Source: an uncultured Acidobacteriota bacterium | GTDB lineage: Bacteria; Acidobacteriota; Thermoanaerobaculia; Gp7-AA8 | Assembly (NCBI GenBank): GCA_963741955.1 | Contig: CAVUKB010000005.1 | Location: forward strand, 800,001 to 864,000 | DNA: 64,000 bases | Reading direction: 5' to 3' | Shown here: in pieces, positions 28,631 to 37,831 of the stretch | How the letters are laid out: each line of letters begins with the position of its first letter | How positions within the stretch are numbered: position 1 is the first letter of the stretch | Position numbers and translations under genes: made by a program | Notes under the pieces: generated by a model | Database searches by the model: none | What the model was told of the DNA's origin: nothing | Seen by the model: the letters and a program-made list of their open reading frames with translations, nothing else

Positions 28631-28846
28631 CTACGCGTAGCGCAGACGCCGACCTTTGGCCTCAGGAATGGAATCACCGTGCTCGCGAGCGGTCTCCAGC
28701 CAAAGCGTGATCGCGCCCTGCGCGTTGGTCAGAGCGTCCGAGTGAGAAGAGCCATGAGCCATGCAGCCAGGAAGTTCCGGGACATCGGCGATGAATGCCT
28801 GATCTTCGTCGCTCCAGAAAATGATGATTTCGTACCGGTTTGTCAT
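28631..28846 (-). CDS. hicB: Cassette: HicB family antitoxin
   Basis: YEIIIFWSDED...VPELPGCMAHG...IPE. Confidence 0.9.
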   Translation of the reverse strand: MTNRYEIIIFWSDEDQAFIADVPELPGCMAHGSSHSDALTNAQGAITLWLETAREHGDSIPEAKGRRLRYA

Positions 28847-29102
28847 TGGTCATGTCCCGCCAGGTTGTACTTCAAGATCACTGCCCGGACCTGTTTGACT
28901 TGATAGGGTTTCGCATTTCGCCCATCACGCTGCAGGTTGATCCGTTCCTCGACACCTGACTTCCCGAACAGATGATGGCTGGCTATTGTTCTCTCGTCGA
29001 ATCCCAGCGAGAGAAGGAGTCCGCGAAGGTCGTCGAAGTCGACGTTCGCGTCAGCGCGACCAACCGGAGGACGTCCGCAACCAACTTGTCGCGTCTCGTC
29101 AC
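28843..29102 (-). pseudogene. hicA: Cassette: HicA family toxin, frameshifted near codon 14
   Basis: GTG-TRRDKLVADVLR in one frame; GRADANVDFDDL...SHH...AKPYQVKQV in another. Confidence 0.75.
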
Positions 29103-29140
29103 GAAGCGAGGTTACCACGCGGTCGCCTTCTCGCCGAGTC

Positions 29141-29210
29141 GCCCAACGGCCCGCGCTCATCGGCGGGCCGAGCGACGCGAGGCCCGTCCGCGTACAGCGC
29201 GTTGTTAGGC
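29141..29210 (-). other. attC
   Basis: GCCCAAC...GTTAGGC, 70 bp. Confidence 0.85.
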
Positions 29211-29229
29211 GACATGACCCATCTCCGTG

Positions 29230-29787
29230 TCAGGGCGCGCGCCGGTAGTGCATTGCGACCGCGCCGTTGCGGAGCGGCTTCGACGAGATCAACTCGAGCC
29301 GTCGCGTGCTGAGCAGCCCGCTCGCGTACAGGGTCGGGCCGTGGCCGGCGATCATGGGATGAACGAGCAACTTGTACTCGTCGATCAGATCCAGCCGGTC
29401 CAGCTCGGTCGCGAGCTTGCCGCTACCTAAGAGTACGCCGTCCGGGGTCGCGTCCTTGAGCTTTTGTACGCCCGTGCGCAGGTCGCCGGCGACGTGGTGG
29501 CTATTGGTCCACGGGAAGTCCTTTCGCGTCGAGGACACCACGTACTTCGGCTTGGCCTCCAGCTTGACCGCCCACTCGCGCATCGACGGCGGCGCCTCCT
29601 CGTCGCCGCGAGCGACCGCTGGCCAGTATCTCTCCATCATCTCGTAGGTGACGCGGCCCCACAGCATCGCCCCGCTCTCGTCCATGAGGCGGGTGAAGAA
29701 GGCGCGTGTCTCGTCGTCGGCGATTCCTTCCTGGTGGTCGACGCAGCCGTCCAGGGTGATGTTGATGCTGAAGGTCAAGAGTCCCAT
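29230..29787 (-). CDS. Cassette: dihydrofolate reductase / RibD C-terminal family protein
   Basis: NITLDG, GRVTYEM, KPKYVVS, LIDEYKLLVHPMIAGHG. Confidence 0.88.
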   Translation of the reverse strand: MGLLTFSINITLDGCVDHQEGIADDETRAFFTRLMDESGAMLWGRVTYEMMERYWPAVARGDEEAPPSMREWAVKLEAKPKYVVSSTRKDFPWTNSHHVAGDLRTGVQKLKDATPDGVLLGSGKLATELDRLDLIDEYKLLVHPMIAGHGPTLYASGLLSTRRLELISSKPLRNGAVAMHYRRAP

Positions 29788-29875
29788 GGTGTCCTCCGGT
29801 CCAGATACGCGACGAACCGCTCGTCGTCTGGCCCCAAGGGCACGAGCCCAATTCGCGAGGTACTCACTCTGTGTC

Positions 29876-29977
29876 GCCTAACGTTCAAAGCTCACCGGCT
29901 TCGAGCCGCACGCGACATCCTAGCATCGGCGACGCCGCAACGCGCGGCTCGAAGTCCGGTGCAGCGACAAGTTAGGC
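29876..29977 (-). other. attC
   Basis: GCCTAAC...GTTAGGC, 102 bp. Confidence 0.9.
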
Positions 29978-30460
29978 CACGCCTCCTGGGAGTTCCGTCT
30001 CGGAGGATCCGGCGAGCGCAATCGAAACGGCGGGAAAGGTGTCGCTGGGTTTGAGCTTCGTGGCATTCCACTGAACGTACCTGGCCGCTGCGATGGTGAC
30101 GTGGTCAGGTGCGAGCGTCGCGTCGCGCGGTTGGGCCACCTTAAGGTGCATGGAGAAGCCGTCGGACGCGGTAAAGAAGAGATGAATGCCGAAGCTGATG
30201 ACGTTGACCGACGAGAGGATGAGCGTGGTTCCTGGAGTGTCGGGCGGCGGCGCACCCCACAGCCGAACCTCCACAACGTGATTTCGGAAGCGACCGAGAG
30301 TTCGGGTAAGCGGTAGCCGGGAGGTCGCGAGGCTTGTCGCGAGGAAAAGCAGAGGCAGCGGTGCAAGGACGAAGAAAATCGTTTGCTCCGTCACCAAGCC
30401 GAGCGCCACGGCGGATGCGCCGAGCAGGGAGAAGAGGATGCGAGCAGGTAGTGGACGCAT
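29972..30460 (-). CDS. Cassette: hypothetical membrane-anchored protein
   Basis: ORF fills cassette; stop in attC core. Confidence 0.7.
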   Translation of the reverse strand: MRPLPARILFSLLGASAVALGLVTEQTIFFVLAPLPLLFLATSLATSRLPLTRTLGRFRNHVVEVRLWGAPPPDTPGTTLILSSVNVISFGIHLFFTASDGFSMHLKVAQPRDATLAPDHVTIAAARYVQWNATKLKPSDTFPAVSIALAGSSETELPGGVA

Positions 30461-30488
30461 AGAGGATGCCGCACGAGTCTCCGGCGTG

Positions 30489-30592
30489 GCCTAACGCCAG
30501 CGCTGAGCCGCTTCAACGCGCACGCGCCGCATAAACACGATATCAGAACCTGGTGTTGCGCGTTGAAGGCGGCTCGAGCGCGATTGTTAGCC
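30489..30592 (-). other. attC
   Basis: GCCTAAC...GTTAGCC; duplicated at 37728-37831. Confidence 0.9.
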
Positions 30593-31024
30593 GGCGGCGA
30601 GCAACGCCTCTACAACCCGTCGGCTCTCTGGGGAGACCGCGAGCAGGCCCGTACGGATGTCTTGGCGAGTCAGCTCGAGGAGGCGCCGCTCCTCGGCCGT
30701 GAGCGACGAATACCGTATTCCGATGATACGCAGGTCGGCCTCCACGGTGCGAGATGCAACCGGTGCCGCGCTCGGTGCCACCTTCGCTACATCTCGAGCG
30801 ACCGCGATATCTCTGGCCAAGGTTGCGAAGTTCCGTTCACGAACACTGGATCTTTCGAGAACGATGCCCGTGCCGAGCGAGCACGCGACTCCGATGAGCA
30901 GACCTACGAGAAGACTTCCTCTGGAAATTTGCATTTGCGATCCTTTGCGGATTCGATGGCTTCTCTCCTGCGACGAAGGGCGGAGAAGAAGGTTTCGGCA
31001 AGGAGGCCAGAAGCGGTCGATCAC
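30587..31024 (-). CDS. Cassette: hypothetical protein (copy 2)
   Basis: Near-identical to 37826-38263. Confidence 0.65.
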   Translation of the reverse strand: MIDRFWPPCRNLLLRPSSQERSHRIRKGSQMQISRGSLLVGLLIGVACSLGTGIVLERSSVRERNFATLARDIAVARDVAKVAPSAAPVASRTVEADLRIIGIRYSSLTAEERRLLELTRQDIRTGLLAVSPESRRVVEALLAAG

Positions 31025-31029
31025 CCGCC

Positions 31030-31104
31030 GGCTAACGGCTGGCGTTCTGCCGCGGGGTCCCGAGCGTAGCGAGGGCCCCGTCGGTCAGCAACGCTGATTT
31101 AGCC
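31030..31104 (-). other. attC
   Basis: GGCTAAC...TTTAGCC, 75 bp. Confidence 0.8.
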
Positions 31105-32172
31105 GGCCGATCCTCCGCCTGTGTGCGTTGGACCATCGTCAACGAGGGCACCCACGGCAAGCAGCCACGATGGCAGCGGAACCGAGCAGCCGTGCATGTG
31201 CTGAAAGATCCGCTTCAGTGTTCGAAAGGTCGCCTTCACGCCCTTCTCGAGTTCATCGTGATCCAGATCGTAGACAATGGCAAGTTTGTCTCTGCCGCCA
31301 TACTTCTCGGGAACGGACCACGGCGAGGGATGCATCAGCGCATCCCGAATGTGCTTGGTCTGCATGATCGCCTGGACATCCGCGTCCTGCTCGTCCCATA
31401 GCTCGATACCCGTCAAGATCCGCGGGATTCTGACGAGGCGATCCCGGAATGTTGGGCCTGCATCCTCGACGGTCCTCCGATCCTTTGATGAAAGTTGGCT
31501 CACGCGTTCGCTCTCGAGCTTCTGCAATCTCCACGCGAGCGCGGCGAGGTGTGCTTCCACCAGCGATGAACACGCGACGATGCCCCAGCGACATACGGCG
31601 GCTTGGCGCCGCGCGACGTCTTGACTTTGGACCCAGTCCTTCTTCAGCGTGGGGTCGAACGCACCAGAGAAACGTGCCAATGCTTGGCTGAGCTCGCGCG
31701 CTTCGGCTGTGGCCATCACGATGTCGTTGGCGAAGTGCCATTCGGGATACTGATATCTCAGGCCAAGTAGAGTGATACTGATCGTCGCGTGAAAGGGTCT
31801 TTCTTGGTCTCGCCCCTTGCTCGTTTCTCGGCGGACGGGGGCAAATCGCGCTTCAAAGTCGGACATCGGCATGCGCAAACCAAGAGGGATTCCTGACTTG
31901 ATCTCCTGAAACAGGGCTTCGAAGACCCCTTCCGTTGCGCCAGCAAAGAAGAAGCGACTGAAGCCGACGACCAGTTTTCTCACCCGTTGCTTTGCCGTCG
32001 CCGCTTGCTGTCGCAGACGGTTCCGATCGAGGCGCGCGACATCCGCTGGATCCGTTTCGTGGAGGAAGGCTTCCCAGGTGTCGACCTTTCCGGTGCAGAG
32101 ACGAATGACGGCCTCGACACGGTTCGCCTTCGCAACGATCCGAGCCTCCTGCTGCCTCCCAGTTTCAAGCAT
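31099..32172 (-). CDS. Cassette: hypothetical protein with C-terminal Rx4H (HEPN-like) motif
   Basis: SLVEAHL...IRDALMHP. Confidence 0.65.
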   Translation of the reverse strand: MLETGRQQEARIVAKANRVEAVIRLCTGKVDTWEAFLHETDPADVARLDRNRLRQQAATAKQRVRKLVVGFSRFFFAGATEGVFEALFQEIKSGIPLGLRMPMSDFEARFAPVRRETSKGRDQERPFHATISITLLGLRYQYPEWHFANDIVMATAEARELSQALARFSGAFDPTLKKDWVQSQDVARRQAAVCRWGIVACSSLVEAHLAALAWRLQKLESERVSQLSSKDRRTVEDAGPTFRDRLVRIPRILTGIELWDEQDADVQAIMQTKHIRDALMHPSPWSVPEKYGGRDKLAIVYDLDHDELEKGVKATFRTLKRIFQHMHGCSVPLPSWLLAVGALVDDGPTHTGGGSAG

Positions 32173-32192
32173 CCAATGTGTGTCTCCAGTCC

Positions 32193-32252
32193 GGCTAACG
32201 CTCAGCATCAGCGGCGGCGCGCAGTGCCGTCCGCTGCATGTGTTTGTTGGGC
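32193..32252 (-). other. attC
   Basis: GGCTAAC...GTTGGGC, 60 bp. Confidence 0.9.
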
Positions 32253-32262
32253 AGCGTCTCCG

Positions 32263-32982
32263 TCATGCTCCGGCGACAGACCCGGTACCTACCTTCTCTC
32301 GCCACCTTGAGGTGTCCACGCCTTTCACGAGCAGCCAGAGCATCAACAAGAGTTCCGCCAGAGCGCCGAAGGGCAGAACGTAGGACGACAGTGTGGTGGC
32401 AAGTGGCGGCCATACAAAGGTCAGCCAGCCCACACCGGCACACATCATGAAGACGCCAATGATTCGAGGAAGGAACGATGCTCTGAAGATGAGATAGCCG
32501 ACCAAGAGGTCATATGCCGCAAAAAGCACAAGGGAGATGCTGAATACCTGGGCATACAATTTGAGGCCGAGCAGCGCCGTCATCTGCAACTGCTCCACTT
32601 TGAACGCAACCAACAATTGACTGTCTCCAAGAATGACAAATGGAGCTAGTTGTAGGAGACCGGCAATGATCTGAATGGCACATCCTACGAGACTGAAGAA
32701 CGCCGCGAGCAACGACAAGGTCCGGTTCACCGGTTCAAACAATCTGTAGAAGAGAGCTGTGACGGCTATGTAGATCAAGGTCGCGATGAGGCTAACTGCG
32801 ACACCTGACCGGTACAAAGCCTCATGCGCCAGGATGTTGTTCGCCGTAGCTGCTGCGTCGCTGAGAACCACAAGCCCCTTCGCGAGGAATCCGCCAAGGA
32901 AGGCCATCAGGAAATAGAACAGATACACGACACCGATCGCCCTCGCATTGGGGCATGGCGAACCTTGTTCGATCTGTTCCAT
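32263..32982 (-). CDS. Cassette: DUF4386-like membrane protein
   Basis: DAAATANNILAHE, LFYRLFEPVN, FLPRIIG, ELLLMLWLLVKGV. Confidence 0.8.
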   Translation of the reverse strand: MEQIEQGSPCPNARAIGVVYLFYFLMAFLGGFLAKGLVVLSDAAATANNILAHEALYRSGVAVSLIATLIYIAVTALFYRLFEPVNRTLSLLAAFFSLVGCAIQIIAGLLQLAPFVILGDSQLLVAFKVEQLQMTALLGLKLYAQVFSISLVLFAAYDLLVGYLIFRASFLPRIIGVFMMCAGVGWLTFVWPPLATTLSSYVLPFGALAELLLMLWLLVKGVDTSRWREKVGTGSVAGA

Positions 32983-33021
32983 ACATGAGCCTCCCTGTTT
33001 CACAATGCAGGCTTCGACGCT

Positions 33022-33122
33022 GCCCAACGGTTTGCCGCTGAGCCGCGGCCACCGCACACGGAAGAGTAGCACCTACGAGAACGGTGCAGCGGTGGCCGTC
33101 GGCCCCAGCGGCGGAGTTGGGC
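33022..33122 (-). other. attC
   Basis: GCCCAAC...GTTGGGC, 101 bp. Confidence 0.9.
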
Positions 33123-33130
33123 GGCGCTTT

Positions 33131-34165
33131 TCAGCGGTATCCGCCAGCAGATATGGCGCCGCCCGACAGAACCACAGCCACAGTCTCCGTGAGGTCAATC
33201 CCGCCACGGGAGTTCCTGATGATCACGGCAGGTGTCCAGATGAGACCGGGAATGCTCCACCAGCCGACGAGAGCGGACAGTAGCGAATACTTTAGCCCGG
33301 CGAGCAGCGGCTTCTGGCCCGGTTGGAGCAGAAAGATCTTCGACGGCATCATGAGACCGAGGTAGACGGCGGAGACGGTGTACTGAAACTGAACAAGGCG
33401 TACCCCATTCTTGATCGCTGTGAGCAGGGGCGAAGCCTCGGCTTGACGCTGCACCTGGTCCGGATTATCGCCCATGTTCACCATCAGAAACCGCTTGGCG
33501 TACTCGCGGTTCCACGCGAGAAACTCAAGCCGCGATTTGTCGGCACGCCACTTATCAACAACGAGATACTTTGTGAACTCCGTTGCGTGCTCGCGGCAGA
33601 CCGGAACAAGCCACGAACCACGTTCGTTGAGGCCAGCGCTCATGCGAAAAGGAACGATGGTATCTGCGGGGCGCACACAGACAGGACAGGACGCCGGGAA
33701 AGCCACGAGCGCGGAATAGACACCGACACGTAGCCAGCTGTTTTCCGTCGGGTCCAGCATCTCCGCCTTGACAGGCTGGGGCACGACGATTGGTGTTGGC
33801 TTCCAGACAGACGGCTTAACGACCGCTTCTCGTGCTGCCGCTGCCCGCGTCGCCATCTCTGCCAACGCCCGCGCGCCATTCTTGGCCAGAAAAGTGTTGT
33901 ACTTGAAAAACTGCTCGACCTGCTTCCCGTCCGCGGCCGTGTAAGTGACATGGAGAACGTTGCCGTAGACGCGAAGGTCTGCAAGGTACTGATAGTAGAT
34001 TTGGGTCGACCCAATCTCGATGCGGTCTTCAAAGGCAGACACTTGCTGCAGCCGGCGTATCCCACCATAGGAACCGTCGGGAGCCGTTACGAGCATGCCA
34101 GCCGAGAAGAATGGTCGTTGCGCTTCCATCGGGTTCGCGTTGAGATTGCGGTTCCCTCGGATCAT
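33131..34165 (-). CDS. Cassette: hypothetical protein with CxxC...CxxH and C-terminal GWWSIPG...GGIDLT membrane domain
   Basis: ORF fills cassette. Confidence 0.7.
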   Translation of the reverse strand: MIRGNRNLNANPMEAQRPFFSAGMLVTAPDGSYGGIRRLQQVSAFEDRIEIGSTQIYYQYLADLRVYGNVLHVTYTAADGKQVEQFFKYNTFLAKNGARALAEMATRAAAAREAVVKPSVWKPTPIVVPQPVKAEMLDPTENSWLRVGVYSALVAFPASCPVCVRPADTIVPFRMSAGLNERGSWLVPVCREHATEFTKYLVVDKWRADKSRLEFLAWNREYAKRFLMVNMGDNPDQVQRQAEASPLLTAIKNGVRLVQFQYTVSAVYLGLMMPSKIFLLQPGQKPLLAGLKYSLLSALVGWWSIPGLIWTPAVIIRNSRGGIDLTETVAVVLSGGAISAGGYR

Positions 34166-34184
34166 ACCTCGGCGAGCTTGAGCT

Positions 34185-34288
34185 GCCCAACGGCCTGCGG
34201 CTCAGCGGCTTCGGACCGCCCGCGCTGAACGTGCAAACCAGAGTATACAAGGCGGCGGGCCGAAGTCCGCTGGAGCCGTTTGTTAGGT
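34185..34288 (-). other. attC
   Basis: GCCCAAC...GTTAGGT; same family as 38805-38909. Confidence 0.9.
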
Positions 34289-34293
34289 GCGGC

Positions 34294-34641
34294 TCAGGCG
34301 CTGAGCAGGCCAGCCTTGCTCGCGCGGTTGATGTAGACCAGCGTCGCAATTCCGATGATGGTTCCGAGCGGGATGTTCGGGAGCGACAGAATGGCGAGTA
34401 CGATCCCCAGCCACTTCGCCCATTTGCGCTGCGCCTCCACGCCCCGCGGAGTGATGAACGCGAGAACCGCGGTAATGAGAGACATGACGGTTGCAGTCAT
34501 CGCGAACGCCGCAGGCCGATCGGAGTACGCGACGAAGAACAGCGGTATCGCAAGAAGGTTCAAAGCCGCGATGATGTAGAACATCCGGCCGGCCTTCTCG
34601 AGACCCTTCTCGCCCGGGTCTGGGTTTAGTTGTTCAAACAT
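34294..34641 (-). CDS. Cassette: small membrane protein
   Basis: KWAKWLGIVLAILSLPNIPLGTIIG. Confidence 0.75.
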   Translation of the reverse strand: MFEQLNPDPGEKGLEKAGRMFYIIAALNLLAIPLFFVAYSDRPAAFAMTATVMSLITAVLAFITPRGVEAQRKWAKWLGIVLAILSLPNIPLGTIIGIATLVYINRASKAGLLSA

Positions 34642-34647
34642 GTCAGC

Positions 34648-34707
34648 AGCTAACGGTCCGCATCAGCGGCGGCGCGCGGAGCCGTCCGCTGCATGCTGTT
34701 GTTATGC
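34648..34707 (-). other. attC
   Basis: AGCTAAC...GTTATGC, 60 bp. Confidence 0.9.
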
Positions 34708-34710
34708 GGT

Positions 34711-35107
34711 TCATCGCTCAGTGATCGCACTGCTGGCCTCCGCTCTCCTGGCTTCTCGTTCGATGCGATCCTGCTCGAAACTCGACCACGCCTGCAGGTG
34801 GTGCTGGCAAGCGAGGTACAGCTCAATCAGCTTGTCTGCTGGTGCAGCGTCGAGGTACAACGTTCTCAAGCCGCTTGACCAAGGCGTCGCTCAGCCGTGC
34901 CACCTTCGCCGCACTGTCATGTTCGAGACCGTCGCCAAGGGTGGCCCATAAGGAGGCGTACGCCTCAGCCCGACGCCGCTCTCGCGCGTCCTCCCGGCGC
35001 ATGCGTTTCAACTCGAGCCTGTGTTGCACCCAGAGGGACACCAGGGAGCTGACGAGAGCGATCACGGCCCCAAGGATGACGAGCTGAGCTTCGGGCGAGA
35101 GGTTCAC
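34711..35107 (-). pseudogene. Cassette: TM-anchored hypothetical protein, probably frameshifted near 34870
   Basis: ORF 34823-35107; an alternative frame LRTLYLDAAPADKLIELY...TER* runs to the attC edge. Confidence 0.5.
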
Positions 35108-35610
35108 GGCATCTCCCGGTCCGCGGCGTCTGCCTCGGCCGGCGCGGGCAGGATTGCCGCGAGGTCGCCCTCGACGTCGAGCCCGTACCCAGCGGCTAAT
35201 CGCGCTATGTGAACGCCAAAGACGCCTCGCAACTCACCGAGCGCGCCGTTGAACTCCCAGCTCGCCCAATGCCCGCGGTGAGCGCCGAATAGGACGATGT
35301 CCGAACGAGCGCCAACGGTGTTCAAGAACTTGCGACAGCCTGCTCGGAGTGCCCGAAGCGTGTCGGCGAGGTCGGCGCCTGTCCCAAGAGATTGTAGTTC
35401 GGTCGTGAGGAACCGCCGGATCTCCAGGACGGACTGGACGCAATGCTCCGGCACTTCCATCTCGGAGGGGACATAGAGCACCCGTCGGTCTTCGAGGAAC
35501 GTGACAACGCGTCGTGCGACCCGTACTTCGGGCTCAGGAGGATTCCACGAGACCCCGAACACCGGCGAGCTAAGACCGGTCACTCGCGCCAAGATCTCTT
35601 TGAATCGCAC
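35104..35610 (-). CDS. Cassette: DUF6650-like protein
   Basis: FLEDRRVLY...HCVQSVLEIRRFL...ALGELRGVFG; family name from memory. Confidence 0.75.
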   Translation of the reverse strand: MRFKEILARVTGLSSPVFGVSWNPPEPEVRVARRVVTFLEDRRVLYVPSEMEVPEHCVQSVLEIRRFLTTELQSLGTGADLADTLRALRAGCRKFLNTVGARSDIVLFGAHRGHWASWEFNGALGELRGVFGVHIARLAAGYGLDVEGDLAAILPAPAEADAADREMP

Positions 35611-35628
35611 GGCTACCTCCTCCTATCC

Positions 35629-35733
35629 GCATAACGTTCTGAGCTCACCGGCACGAACCGGCGACGTGAAAAAGTATAACGCTCGCGATGCAGCAGCGCG
35701 CCGGTTCGTGCCCGGTGGAGCGCCGAGTTGGGC
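35629..35733 (-). other. attC
   Basis: GCATAAC...GTTGGGC, 105 bp. Confidence 0.9.
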
Positions 35734-35751
35734 GGCGGCACCCGCTGTTCA

Positions 35752-36777
35752 TTACGCCCAGAGCTGTTTCGACAGCTTCCTCACGACCTTCTTGTTCTCG
35801 GACAGTTGTTCTGCGTTCACTTTGACGCGTTGTCCGGCGACGCTGAGCGTACCTGAGCTCATCGTAACGAACGGATTTCCGCGGGCAAATGCAACCACGC
35901 CAGAGGTCTGAAAGTCTCTCACTTCAAACATGCCATCCGCCACATTGGAGAACGTGAAGCTCGCCGGGCTGTCTTTGAGAATTGCTGAAAGATCCTGCGT
36001 GATCCCCGACAGCACTGCCGAATAGCTTTTCGCAGTGTTGATGTACTGCGTGAGACGGTTCTTCGCGACCATGTGAACCTGCGGAAGCTTCAATCCGGCG
36101 TTTTGCATACGCGTATGAAAGTTGTGCTGAGCGTACACTTCGGACGGCAACTTCAGTCCGTAGACAAGACTCATCGCATTCTGAATTCCGCGCCGCGAAG
36201 AATCGTCGGCGGTGACCGGCAGAACAAGGCGCTGGCACGCGGCCAAAGCGATCTGCGTGTACATCGAGAAGCTGGGATTCATGTCGACAAAGCAGTAGTC
36301 GAACTCGTCGTTACACGCTTCTAGAAAATCGAGCAGCCAGCTTGCGACTTTCGACCAACTATCGGTGCCGGGAATCTGCGTGTTGGCCAGCGTCGAAACA
36401 GCATTTGCCTGAAGCTCGAGCAGCGGGTCGCCGGCGAGGAGAGTGATGTTGCTCGGACTGGCAGAGTTGAAATCGTGGGGCCGGGACAGGTACCCATGAG
36501 GAGAGATGGCTGAATTGTCGAATGGCTTCGGGAGGCGGGACTGAAAGTACCCGCCTACTGAGGCTCGGCCGGGCTTGCCGTGCAGCGCGAGAAGGTTTTT
36601 TCCACCGCCATTTTCTTGCCCCCCCAGGAAGAGCTCGCTGAGATTCGCCTGCGGACACAGGTCAAGAACCAGAATCCTGTCGTCCGCGTGCTCGGTGGCG
36701 AACGTGCAAATCGTTTGAAAGGCGAGACTTGTTTTCCCCGTTCCGCCTTTGTTGTTCCAATACCCAAGAACGTTCAT
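35752..36777 (-). CDS. Cassette: ParA/MinD family ATPase
   Basis: NNKGGTGKTS deviant Walker A; DLCPQANLS; VDMNPS; GGAGG RBS. Confidence 0.9.
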   Translation of the reverse strand: MNVLGYWNNKGGTGKTSLAFQTICTFATEHADDRILVLDLCPQANLSELFLGGQENGGGKNLLALHGKPGRASVGGYFQSRLPKPFDNSAISPHGYLSRPHDFNSASPSNITLLAGDPLLELQANAVSTLANTQIPGTDSWSKVASWLLDFLEACNDEFDYCFVDMNPSFSMYTQIALAACQRLVLPVTADDSSRRGIQNAMSLVYGLKLPSEVYAQHNFHTRMQNAGLKLPQVHMVAKNRLTQYINTAKSYSAVLSGITQDLSAILKDSPASFTFSNVADGMFEVRDFQTSGVVAFARGNPFVTMSSGTLSVAGQRVKVNAEQLSENKKVVRKLSKQLWA

Positions 36778-36859
36778 ATACTACCTCCGCATGTGATAAC
36801 GCAACATGCGCACGTAGTATTTCAACATCTCGACGTCGTGGGCTCTGGCCTTCCGAGCC

Positions 36860-36952
36860 GTCCAACATTCGCTGCTCAGCGCCTGCGGCCGAGCGCTGAA
36901 CGAAAGCACACCCCAAACGCACCGAGGACGCAGGCCGCTGGAGGCGTTAGCG
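36860..36952 (-). other. attC
   Basis: GTCCAAC...GTTAGCG, 93 bp. Confidence 0.85.
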
Positions 36953-36953
36953 G

Positions 36954-37718
36954 CTAGGCCGACTCCTGCCAGGCTTGCCGCCAAGCGTGAAAGTTGAATG
37001 CCACGTCGTCCTGCCTTAGGGAACGTACGGTGTCGACGATCATCGTTTCAAGATCGCTAATGACAGCCCCGGAGGCGATTGTCCCGACGATCGTTCCGCC
37101 CGTCCCGTCGCCATCCGGCTCGAGATGCCTCCTGTGCCATTCGAAGCGTGAGGTGATCACGTTAGTGAAGTACTCATCCGCCCCCTGTGAACCGAAGTGC
37201 TCAGGTGGGTAAAACGACGCCAACGCGACTAGAAATGAATGAAGTGTGCGAATGAGAGCATAGCTTGCATTCATCGTGTCGGCAGTTACTCCACTGTCCC
37301 AACCTTTTTGCGCTTCGCCGTACGCGGCGGCTCGCTGTGCTGGAAGAGAATCTATGTAGGCCGTTTCAGAAGACCCTCTTCCTTGTGCGACCTCGTGTTT
37401 CTCTCCGCCGCGCGACTCCTTTTCGATTTGCAACGGAGCTTTGCGCCGTCGATCCACCGCGGCGTACCAATCCTCGCGATAGAGCGTGATCTGGTGCGCA
37501 TCGAGTTTCCGATCGAACCCACCACGGATTTGAGTGTCGCGATGGCAATCGAAACAAAGAACAGCCAGGTTTTCCTCGGCGTGATTAGTCGGATTTTCAT
37601 CGACGTGATGCAGTTGGACCGGTCGTCCACGTTCACGACACACGCAGCAGATTCGATCCGATCGAAAGAGGACTCGAGCAGCGATATCGGACGGGATGTT
37701 CGTGCGATCCTTCGCCAT
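36954..37718 (-). CDS. Cassette: HNH endonuclease-domain protein
   Basis: CCVC...QLHHVDENPTN...NLAVLCFDCH. Confidence 0.85.
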   Translation of the reverse strand: MAKDRTNIPSDIAARVLFRSDRICCVCRERGRPVQLHHVDENPTNHAEENLAVLCFDCHRDTQIRGGFDRKLDAHQITLYREDWYAAVDRRRKAPLQIEKESRGGEKHEVAQGRGSSETAYIDSLPAQRAAAYGEAQKGWDSGVTADTMNASYALIRTLHSFLVALASFYPPEHFGSQGADEYFTNVITSRFEWHRRHLEPDGDGTGGTIVGTIASGAVISDLETMIVDTVRSLRQDDVAFNFHAWRQAWQESA

Positions 37719-37727
37719 GTCGTTGCC

Positions 37728-37831
37728 GCCCAACGCCAGCGCTGAGCCGCTTCAACGCGCACGCGCCGCATAAACACGATATCAGAACCTGGTGTTGCGC
37801 GTTGAAGGCGGCTCGAGCGCGATAGTTAGCC
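37728..37831 (-). other. attC
   Basis: GCCCAAC...GTTAGCC; duplicate of 30489-30592. Confidence 0.9.

Noticed and set aside
29230-29787. Trimethoprim-resistance dfr cassette
   Set aside because: The sequence fits the broad RibD-C/DHFR-like family, not DfrA or DfrB; resistance cannot be inferred.
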